From the IMG/VR virus record IMGVR_UViG_3300032327_000348, positions 47,935-111,934 of that record: DNA of 64,000 nucleotides. One strand, written 5' to 3'. Of this stretch, positions 57,101 through 64,000 are shown in pieces. This DNA is from a virus. Its lineage: Duplodnaviria > Caudoviricetes. The translations under genes were made by a program, and so were the position numbers. Positions within the stretch are counted from its first letter, which is position 1, and each line of letters begins with the position of its first letter. The notes below the pieces were generated by a model. It had not been told where the DNA came from. It was given only the letters and a program-made list of their open reading frames with translations, and ran no database searches.

Positions 57101-57556
57101 GTTGCCTTCATTTTCGTTGACCACAACTGTTTCTGCTGACCCTAATGCGGGTACGGTATACAATGCTTCTGGTTCCGGCACACATCCAATCCAATATCCA
57201 TATTCAGGATCGCCGTTGATGAATAGACAAATTACGGTCGTACCAATGTCTGGTTGTGCAAACCACATACCATATGCACTTTGATTTTTTAGATATGTAC
57301 CGTAACCTTCTTTAGGTGCATCGCCTTGAGTAAGCCCGTAAAAAGGAGTCATGTAATTTACGGTAATCCAAGAATTTGAATCGTTAGGGTCTTGACCACC
57401 CATATCAGCAATATATACACGCAATCTACCCGAGCGTATAGTGTCAATGTTATCTTTAACTACTCCAAAAACCGGTACTGAGCGTAATACTGCGCCGCCT
57501 GCATCTGGTTTGGATGCACTTGTTGCGCCTCTGGGTTTGAATACATTTTGTGCCAT
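54161..57556 (-). CDS. Baseplate central spike, gp5/VgrG-like, with long Ala/Gly-rich C-terminal extension
   Basis: N-terminal OB fold (GVVKDNID..GRLRVYI, YGMWF..PDIG), GHSFVMDD and GHQILMSD, beta-helix repeats, APAHAPW tip motif. Confidence 0.85.
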   Translation of the reverse strand: MAQNVFKPRGATSASKPDAGGAVLRSVPVFGVVKDNIDTIRSGRLRVYIADMGGQDPNDSNSWITVNYMTPFYGLTQGDAPKEGYGTYLKNQSAYGMWFAQPDIGTTVICLFINGDPEYGYWIGCVPEPEALYTVPALGSAETVVVNENEGNSYGGAKKLPVANINKNNEKINESPTFYNEPKPVHSYIASVLNQQGLIRDTIRGTIGTSAQRESPSRVGWGVNTPGRPIYEGGFTDETIADAAANENSSGDLKVIARRAGHSFVMDDGDIVGRDQLVRIRSSLGHQILMSDDGQCLHIIHANGQSWIELGKEGTIDMYSTNSVNIRTQGDLNLHADNNINMHAKKDLNIYAENITTNSDKKTNVKVGTDYATSVNGKTTLKSTGAMSLKSSGEASFASSNNTFINGKKVNLNTGEASTTPEDVKPIPTNAHTDTLYDSQKGWAAAPAALLSIVSRAPAHAPWASANQGVDVKINNNADANFPSNPSPAVQAANNTTTTPPAPVSASVASTVPVTGAVSGALDKNATTAMVGQVATIAQSVPNVAAAIKNGAGVVTSTVNGAVDKVAAIGKMAQSPQQLEAAGVIKQGAGALVNNLIQGGKTVQQALTSNMFTGKPGAENLTNYLNNPTAQVAAQVANFQTAQTQLTQAGIITGKESAGQLAGAVTAAATAGPAAAVNAIKSAAGTVGQAITGPIAALGGAANKVLGSASNLLNAGNFAGNLASTVTGGLNSIAGSLNGLAQNLTGGAESLLNSAKGIAGSAFAAIKNSFPNLTAGVPQNLKQITEKATASAQAVGTELQNSADKAAAAFNTSGANAASIASGAASSAVNGVKSVNDLVNSATGAVTNLTTATEASLNTAGQVTGSAQALTTTVNSVTGAATRSLAAFSPGSSSSGLGSLPGAQKAVASIVDNAKGALNAIPGTAGISTALGQVTSALNSGGGLGNVASGLLDKLKGPGASLQSLASAGLPAGAAAELNSAISSLSSGGAIPIKLPVISTNTVDRSTVNAQTTAVLGDTKIPPPSYAGNPATTGQSASLVALQERIKNRDERIKAVDIEIDAVMAELKTARAELAVIETEYSEEKNNLPAGDPQLASIFEKGDTKVKEVRAIKLRGYDLLNKKVDILSEKV

Positions 57557-57570
57557 ATTTTATTCTCTTG

Positions 57571-60522
57571 TTATACACCGCCCGGTGCATTAAAATTTAA
57601 AAGTGTAATATCAGTTTGTCCTGTCCTTGTATCTGCAGGAGTAGTGGTATTTGTATTGATAGTTTCTCTACCCGCCTCTTCAAAATTGTTTGCTGAGCCT
57701 GCCTGAGTACTTCCGGCTGGATCTGATTCTCCGGACGCAACAATAGGATTGGCTGCATTTCCAGTAACTGTTATGCCGGTGCCGCCTAGTGCATTGTTTA
57801 CTGCTGCTGTGCCTTCATCAACTACTCGTTGTGTAGCAGAAGTTAATGCAGATGCAGCATCTTGTGCTAGTCCGGTACTACCAGAAGAATTATTAGTGTT
57901 TGTACCCGGAGTAGGAGTCGAACCTGCTTGACTAGTTCCTGTACGGACATCTGATCCTGCTAAATCTATCCTTCTTGGATCGGTAGCTGCAAATGCAGCC
58001 CTTGCGTTATTTGCACTTCTATCAGATGCTGCCTTTTCTGCGGCTTCAATTGCCTCTGGCATTTCGTTAATATTCAATTGTAGTGTTTGAGTAAACTTAC
58101 CTCCCTTAAACACACTTTCACATTCTCTTACTTGATAACTAACACCCTTAATCTTATTTCTTATATTATCAGGGTAATCCCAAAAGAAAATACTATCGTT
58201 AATTGTCATGACACCGGTGCCATTATCACTAGGTATGATATCATTTCCATTAATGGTGGCTCCATAATCTATACCTTCATTAAATGCAATTTCAATAAAA
58301 ACTTGACCACCATTTGGGTTGATAGTAAAACCATCACTTTGATAAAATTGTTTGTATACTTCATTGACACCGGTTGCTGTTTCACGCATCAAATAGTCAG
58401 GATCACCTAATATTTGTATACGGGCTTGAGCATAAGATCCTGGATCAAATAAACTAGTCATATAAGTATTTTGTGCCTCTGAACCCGGGTTTAATTTACC
58501 AGTAGCATCTTGTCCAGTTTTCTTGTTACCTAACTGAGCAACTTGAGCATTTCCACCCGAAGCAGCCGGATCTCCATTAGGATTAAATGTTATGTTGAAA
58601 AATGCATTGTCAAGTTGTTGTTCATAACTTAATATTTCACTGTTTTTTCCAGTGTACCAATATTCATATCTTTTGTGCGGACCATAATATTTTGCAGATT
58701 TACCATATGGACTTACAGATGCCGGCGTATCGTATGGCTGAATAACATATGTTATTTCATATGCAAAATCATTTATTTTTGTATCAAATTCAGTTGCTAC
58801 AACTTCAGGACTTACATTGTACCATCTTAATGTAGGAGGGTCTTTTTGCTCTTTTTTCTCAGGTGATGCAGTATCCTCAGAGGGAGTTTCTTCACTCATA
58901 AACAAAGTATCCATTGCATTGGTCAAATATGTACTTTGTTTGATAATTTTTTCTATTGCTTGTAATACACTCATACCTTGTGTAATACTAATTTTTATTT
59001 TTTGTTTATCGTATGCAGTGCGTTCTGCAGTAGCATCATTGACATCTTTTGAATTTTGAGCCGAGTTTGGTGATGATTTTTTCTTGTCTATATCCGCTTC
59101 ACTTTTTAACAATGCATCTCTAATTTCTTCCGAACCTTGACCAACAAATCGAACATAATACTTATCGGGAAATTCTCTACTGTTGGCAGCTTTAGATTTT
59201 TCAAGATTTTCGTTCATTGTTTGAAATAAACTGTTTATTCCTTTACCGGTACCTTCTAATGCTTCACCTACAGTATTGGCAACCAATTCTGTATTTGCGT
59301 CAACTGTACCTCTAGCAACATGAAGTCCTATTTCAGATGCAACATTTTTAGCAGTAACTGAATACACTGTTGAGCCGCCTGTTAATTTAAAAGTAACCTT
59401 TTCAAATAGTATGTCATAAAATCTTTCATACACTCCACTAGCATCCGGAGATGCATTGAACGTGTCATCACTAAAATACTTACTAGCGTTTGCTATTTCT
59501 CCATTTGCATCATATCCCTGAAATCTTATACCTAATATAAAAAACTGTTTACTTGCGTTTGTTGCCTTTTCAATGTTTGGTATTTTACTAGTTTTCATTA
59601 GTAATTCACGGGCACGTTTTAATTTAGTAGTAAATGAAAACCCAACCGGTTCAATGATATTAAAAGTAATCTTTGTAATATTACTTGAAGTAGATGTTTG
59701 TTTAGTTGATACTACATTAGTAATTCTAAGATCATCAATATAATAATCATATGGCATATTAGGAGCACGCTGACTTATTGAATTGTTAATGCCCCCGCTT
59801 TGTACTATTAAATATGCACCTCCGCCGGCGGCTGCATATTTACTAATGTCTTTTCTACCTGTTGCTACAAACTGACTATGTGCATCAGGTGTTATCATGT
59901 ATAAACTAAGTTGATATGTATAACTACTAAAATTTCCTAATGGGTTCTGTAGTCTTGTACCCGGTTTTGGATCTTTGCTTGCACTCTTTTTTACCGGTGC
60001 CTCTGTACTAATATTTGAGCCGCCAGCTTGAGTTGTTCCTGCAAATGATTTGTTTGTAATTTCAGCTTGTTGAGGACTAGATACATTACCTTGGCTTTCA
60101 CCAGTTGCTGTTTCTGGATTTTCTTTACTGGCTATTTGTGCGGCTGCTACTGAATTGTTTTTTGAATCGTCACTTGCAGGTGTACCACCTAAATTATTTT
60201 TATCAGGCTTATTTTCCGTTGCAGGTGGAATTGGTTCTACGGGTGCAGGCGGAGTAAGTGATTGTGCAACTTCATTTTCTAATGACGCTGCGGCAGGAGG
60301 AAAATCACTTGATAACTGTAGTAAACTATCTGCTAGTTCAGTATTTCCTGCATCAAGAGCCCTCTGTCTCAATGTTCGCAATCCTCCTTGGATACCGGCT
60401 TGACCATTACCAGCAACCAAAGTAGACCCATCAGGATTATATATATCAAATCTGTAGCCAGTTGAGCCAAGACTAGCTACAACTTTATAACCATCAACAA
60501 CACTTGTAGCAGATTTTGCCAT
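57571..60522 (-). CDS. Baseplate hub protein (gp27-like) with low-complexity termini
   Basis: NPLGNFSSYTY, KRYEYWYTGKN, ILGDPDY, FKGGKFTQTL; lies between gp53-like and gp5-like genes. Confidence 0.7.
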   Translation of the reverse strand: MAKSATSVVDGYKVVASLGSTGYRFDIYNPDGSTLVAGNGQAGIQGGLRTLRQRALDAGNTELADSLLQLSSDFPPAAASLENEVAQSLTPPAPVEPIPPATENKPDKNNLGGTPASDDSKNNSVAAAQIASKENPETATGESQGNVSSPQQAEITNKSFAGTTQAGGSNISTEAPVKKSASKDPKPGTRLQNPLGNFSSYTYQLSLYMITPDAHSQFVATGRKDISKYAAAGGGAYLIVQSGGINNSISQRAPNMPYDYYIDDLRITNVVSTKQTSTSSNITKITFNIIEPVGFSFTTKLKRARELLMKTSKIPNIEKATNASKQFFILGIRFQGYDANGEIANASKYFSDDTFNASPDASGVYERFYDILFEKVTFKLTGGSTVYSVTAKNVASEIGLHVARGTVDANTELVANTVGEALEGTGKGINSLFQTMNENLEKSKAANSREFPDKYYVRFVGQGSEEIRDALLKSEADIDKKKSSPNSAQNSKDVNDATAERTAYDKQKIKISITQGMSVLQAIEKIIKQSTYLTNAMDTLFMSEETPSEDTASPEKKEQKDPPTLRWYNVSPEVVATEFDTKINDFAYEITYVIQPYDTPASVSPYGKSAKYYGPHKRYEYWYTGKNSEILSYEQQLDNAFFNITFNPNGDPAASGGNAQVAQLGNKKTGQDATGKLNPGSEAQNTYMTSLFDPGSYAQARIQILGDPDYLMRETATGVNEVYKQFYQSDGFTINPNGGQVFIEIAFNEGIDYGATINGNDIIPSDNGTGVMTINDSIFFWDYPDNIRNKIKGVSYQVRECESVFKGGKFTQTLQLNINEMPEAIEAAEKAASDRSANNARAAFAATDPRRIDLAGSDVRTGTSQAGSTPTPGTNTNNSSGSTGLAQDAASALTSATQRVVDEGTAAVNNALGGTGITVTGNAANPIVASGESDPAGSTQAGSANNFEEAGRETINTNTTTPADTRTGQTDITLLNFNAPGGV

Positions 60523-60523
60523 C

Positions 60524-60835
60524 TTATAATCCTAATACTGAAATCAATGTAGAATTCTCTGGAAGATATATTGAGGTGCCGGTAATAAAATCAAAGAACG
60601 GATCTGCTAATGTGTTTGGATTTCTACTAGCAAACACCCACCATAGTTTAGGATTAGCGTACAAGTCATATGCTAACATGTCAGGTCGCAAATTATATTG
60701 TGATGTAATTGTCCAGTATCTATCACTACCTAATTTAGGTATAGGTCTATCTATCATAACATCTAAAAACTTATTATTAACTACACCTGTAGTATAATAA
60801 GGACTTGTTGCTGGATATAAACTGTTAAGAGCCAT
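60524..60835 (-). CDS. LysM-like baseplate wedge protein (gp53-like)
   Basis: RPDMLAYDLY...LWWVFA..N; start 60835 is TAATG-coupled to the upstream gene. Confidence 0.82.
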   Translation of the reverse strand: MALNSLYPATSPYYTTGVVNNKFLDVMIDRPIPKLGSDRYWTITSQYNLRPDMLAYDLYANPKLWWVFASRNPNTLADPFFDFITGTSIYLPENSTLISVLGL

Positions 60836-63021
60836 TACCAAATTCCTCCGCCGTTACGTTTGCTACCTTGCATTAATGCACCTGTTGCGTATTTTTCAAG
60901 ACTAAAGTTGTTACTGATGTCGTTGCGAGTTACAATTGGAATACATGTTATTGCTATTTGCATTTTTGTTGGTACATATGTTGCATCACTGTTAATTGTT
61001 GATTGTTGTCTTTGAAAATTAGGAACTTTAGGACCTAAATTAGATGAGTTAATTCTTGCAGTTGATGCATTATCTGTGTTATTTACTGCTTTTTGACCAC
61101 TAGTAGAACTTCCGGGTTCAGTTGTTACACTACCTACACGTATATAATCTACTTCATTTGGTAAACTATATGTAAAGTTTGTAATTGCTAGTGGGTGATT
61201 ATCAAATTGAAATGTTCCCATACCACTCATATAAACTAACGGAGGGGGTGTACCATTTCTTGGATTTTGATCTTGTCCGTAAAACATCTTTGTAACTGAT
61301 TTAAAAAAATGAATTACTGCTAACATATAATTTGCTTCAGTTGTGTCTTGTGCAGTAAAATCTCCTGTAATAGATACTGTATCAACACTACTATTTTTAT
61401 AGTTATAAATCTTATAATTACTATGTATTAATTCTGATGAATCATATGATGCAGCATAGACCACATTTACAGTGGGTGTGTATGGGAAAATTACACCATT
61501 AGTTGCTTGTAGTGCCTTCAATATTCCTGGATTGTCTGCTTTATACAAATACTTTGCGCTTGGTGCTAGGCTTAAGCGTACACGCCAATCTTTTGCTTTT
61601 TCAAAGCTAACTGCATCTTGTTTTGTTGCAACACTTCTTGTATTATTTAATGCTCCGGTGCTAGAACGCTCTGCACTTAACCTTTCAAATGCTTCTGCGT
61701 CACCAGCCGCTGCTGCTTCTTCCGCCAATGCCGCATCTTCTGCCGCTAGTACGCCATATGGGTCTGCTACTGGTTCGTTTAATCGATATATTGCGGCGTC
61801 ATCATCTGCTACAGCTTGCGCTGCTAAAGCCGCATCTTCTGCCGCTAGTACACCAGTTGGGTCTGCTATTGGTCGATTGTTTCGTTCTCTATCAGTAAAT
61901 GCTTCTGCGTCACCTTCTTCAGCCGCTTGTGCTGCCAATGCCGCGTCTTCTGCCGCTAGTACACCAGTTGGGTCTGCTATTGGTCTTTGCTCTTCGGAAA
62001 TACTAAATCCATCTGATGTAGTATATGTAGCAGAACCATCTGCGTTAGTTGTTACTTGATATGTCTCACCGTCTATTGTTTCTGTTTTTACATTATATCC
62101 AGATACTTCTCCATTAATAGTAGTCGATTGTGATACATTTGCTACTTGAATATTCGTTACGGTGACTTCAGTTGTGTTCTCGTTTGGTGTTACTGTTACA
62201 GTTGGAGGAGGTTGAATCTTTGCACTATTTGCCTCTGCTCGTAACTCCGTTGCCTTGTCTGATTCTGCAAGCTTTGCGGCAACTCGTTCTTCATTGCTAA
62301 GTCCTTTAACATAACTATACTGTTCTTGTGTGATGGTACCTTCGGCTAGTTTTCTATCTAATGCTCGTTGACCAAATGGCGTGTTTGGATTTAAACTTAA
62401 CAAATCAGCTTGTTTCTGGGCAACATCAGCTTGTTGTTGTAGTGCTGTGCTTTGTGGAGTAGATATTGCAGGAGTAGATACTCTAGTTACAGACCCGCCA
62501 CCTGTTGTATTTTCTACTGTAGTGGTCTGTGATCTACTGACCGTAGCAGTAGTGACTGAAGAGGCTGAAAATTCATTTACTGGGTTGGGTGACGGAGAGG
62601 TCACCGGTGTCACTGTTGCGGGGATATTTTGATACGATGTAGGGTTCCCAGGACTAGATGAGGCAGGTGGAGGTGTCGTTTCCGATAATGGACTATTTGC
62701 ATTTTCTGCTGCTTTATTGGCGGCTGCTTCAGCCGCCAAATTTGCGTTATTTGATTGCTGTCTAACTTGGCTGGCATTTGCGCTAGAAGTCACTACTGAA
62801 TTTTGTGCGTTTGCTAATTGTTGATTTGCGGCGGCTAGAGCTTGGGGGTTACCTTGAGCTTTTGCTGATTCGATTGCAAGATTTGCTTTGTAAACATTCG
62901 CTTTTGCGTCCAGCACACTTTGTTCTGCCGCAAAAGCTGCCAAATCAGCTTTATAGGCAGCATCTTCTGCCGCAGTCGCGGCAGCTTTCCATTGATTGGA
63001 TGTTGTTGTTCCGGTTGCCAT
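60835..63021 (-). CDS. Tail tube initiator-like baseplate protein with long Ala/Thr-rich N-terminal extension
   Basis: C-terminal GVIFPYTP, HSNY, HFFKSVTKMFYG, PPPLV, LPNEVDY; first gene of the baseplate operon. Confidence 0.7.
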   Translation of the reverse strand: MATGTTTSNQWKAAATAAEDAAYKADLAAFAAEQSVLDAKANVYKANLAIESAKAQGNPQALAAANQQLANAQNSVVTSSANASQVRQQSNNANLAAEAAANKAAENANSPLSETTPPPASSSPGNPTSYQNIPATVTPVTSPSPNPVNEFSASSVTTATVSRSQTTTVENTTGGGSVTRVSTPAISTPQSTALQQQADVAQKQADLLSLNPNTPFGQRALDRKLAEGTITQEQYSYVKGLSNEERVAAKLAESDKATELRAEANSAKIQPPPTVTVTPNENTTEVTVTNIQVANVSQSTTINGEVSGYNVKTETIDGETYQVTTNADGSATYTTSDGFSISEEQRPIADPTGVLAAEDAALAAQAAEEGDAEAFTDRERNNRPIADPTGVLAAEDAALAAQAVADDDAAIYRLNEPVADPYGVLAAEDAALAEEAAAAGDAEAFERLSAERSSTGALNNTRSVATKQDAVSFEKAKDWRVRLSLAPSAKYLYKADNPGILKALQATNGVIFPYTPTVNVVYAASYDSSELIHSNYKIYNYKNSSVDTVSITGDFTAQDTTEANYMLAVIHFFKSVTKMFYGQDQNPRNGTPPPLVYMSGMGTFQFDNHPLAITNFTYSLPNEVDYIRVGSVTTEPGSSTSGQKAVNNTDNASTARINSSNLGPKVPNFQRQQSTINSDATYVPTKMQIAITCIPIVTRNDISNNFSLEKYATGALMQGSKRNGGGIW
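61686..61986 (-). repeat. Three in-frame repeats P(I/V)ADP(T/Y)GVLAAEDAALA
   Basis: DNA copies spaced 111 and 99 nt apart. Confidence 0.9.
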
Positions 63022-63043
63022 ATTATGTTGTTATCCTTACTTA

Positions 63044-63057
63044 TATTTAGCTAAATA
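63044..63057. promoter_or_regulatory. Palindromic back-to-back late promoter motif TATTTAGCTAAATA
   Basis: Perfect 14-bp palindrome reading CTAAATA on both strands, between the baseplate operon and the sigma gene. Confidence 0.6.
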
Positions 63058-63094
63058 AAAATGCACTGTTTTTACCCTTTCACTCACCAAATAG

Positions 63095-63123
63095 TTGCTA
63101 TTCTGCAACAATAATGTTATACT
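63095..63123 (+). promoter_or_regulatory. Sigma70-type promoter for the late sigma gene
   Basis: TTGCTA-17 nt-TATACT with TG extension. Confidence 0.65.
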
Positions 63124-63148
63124 TACATCAACATAATAACGGAGAACT

Positions 63149-64000
63149 ATGAGCCTACCATCAAGAAAACCTGTCAATTACCTAAATAATAAAGACATTC
63201 TCAAAGAAATTCACGATAGCAAAAATACATATTGTTACTTTACAGATCCAAGCTATCATAGATATGACTTTATCGTAGATATGCCGCAATCAAGCATTGA
63301 GGATAGCTTAGAATATGCTTTTAAACCAGAATCTATTCAGCAAGCACGTGAAACAAGGGCACTTAGAATGGATATTGAACAGGGGTTGTCTAAAGGTACA
63401 ATTGACCCGTTGTCTATTCCAATCACTGATTTAGTATTTCGTGTAATGAATTGGGATCATGTCCCAGTTGCCCCAAAAGTTCCCCGTAAAACAGCTAAAA
63501 AGAAAACAGCAAAAGATATTATTGAGTTTGAAGAACCAGATCCAGATGAGATTTTTGCCGACTTAGAAGATGCGGCGCCTATCAAAGCAGACGTTGATGA
63601 TATGGTTCATTTAAAAGTTAACTTTCCTCCATTCCAGCATTACAAAATTGACAGTAATAATACGTTCTATTGTGTAGGTAAAAGTCATTGGAAAGGTGAT
63701 TTAGAAAATGGAGAGTTCAGCAAAGATCACGGTCAAGTCACCAACAAACTTGCCCGTATGTACATTATGATGTGCGAAAAATACGCAATGAAATATAATT
63801 GGCGTGGGTATACATACAATGACGAGATGCGTAACTCAGCTATATTACAATTAACATATGTCGGCTTACGATTCAATGAAGCCAAAAGTGCTAACCCATT
63901 CGCTTATTACACGGCTGCTATAACAAATAGTTTCTGTAGGGTATTAAATACCGAAAAACGTAATCAAAATATTCGTGATGATATTTTGGAAATGAACGGC
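63149..64000 (+). CDS. gp55: Late transcription sigma factor, T4 gp55-like (3' end outside window)
   Basis: Hand-translated; GGAG RBS. NYLNNKDILKEI...NWRGYTYNDEM...FNEAKSANPFAYYT...NSF.R.L..EK. Confidence 0.88.
   Translation, partial: MSLPSRKPVNYLNNKDILKEIHDSKNTYCYFTDPSYHRYDFIVDMPQSSIEDSLEYAFKPESIQQARETRALRMDIEQGLSKGTIDPLSIPITDLVFRVMNWDHVPVAPKVPRKTAKKKTAKDIIEFEEPDPDEIFADLEDAAPIKADVDDMVHLKVNFPPFQHYKIDSNNTFYCVGKSHWKGDLENGEFSKDHGQVTNKLARMYIMMCEKYAMKYNWRGYTYNDEMRNSAILQLTYVGLRFNEAKSANPFAYYTAAITNSFCRVLNTEKRNQNIRDDILEMNG

Noticed and set aside
5404-60841. ORF-track starts at 5446, 7280, 14543 and 60841
   Set aside because: They fall in a terminator, in or upstream of promoter motifs, or inside the upstream gene. 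Starts at 5404, 7262, 14525 and 60835 fit better.
1-64000. Stop-codon reassignment as in some large phages
   Set aside because: The standard code gives near-complete coding density, an intact 18-kb ORF and clean start/stop overlaps.

Overview
A gene-dense, AT-rich segment of a large T4-like (contractile-tail) phage genome, read in the standard genetic code, almost entirely on the minus strand. From left to right: (1) 1-7.3 kb holds thyA, small hypothetical genes and a MoxR-like AAA+ ATPase with a metallopeptidase-VWA partner, behind four near-consensus sigma70 promoters. (2) 7.3-7.65 kb is a circularly permuted (two-piece) tmRNA with an atypical tag (ANDSQFLLAANA) and a second T-arm inside its intervening segment. 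(3) 7.65-29 kb is a tailoring cluster behind late-type TAAATA motifs. It encodes eight radical SAM enzymes (one cobalamin-dependent and fused to a methyltransferase-like domain), a NodU/CmcH carbamoyltransferase, a sulfotransferase-like protein, an SGNH-like protein, three glycosyltransferase-like proteins and a 1301-aa repeat protein. (4) 29-63 kb holds tail fibre and baseplate genes, including a 6046-aa giant. (5) The start of a gp55-like late sigma factor follows on the plus strand. The best candidate for an undescribed system is the tailoring cluster next to the tail genes, possibly a virion or glycan decoration pathway. The permuted tmRNA is second. All family assignments come from motif recognition by eye; no database searches were run.
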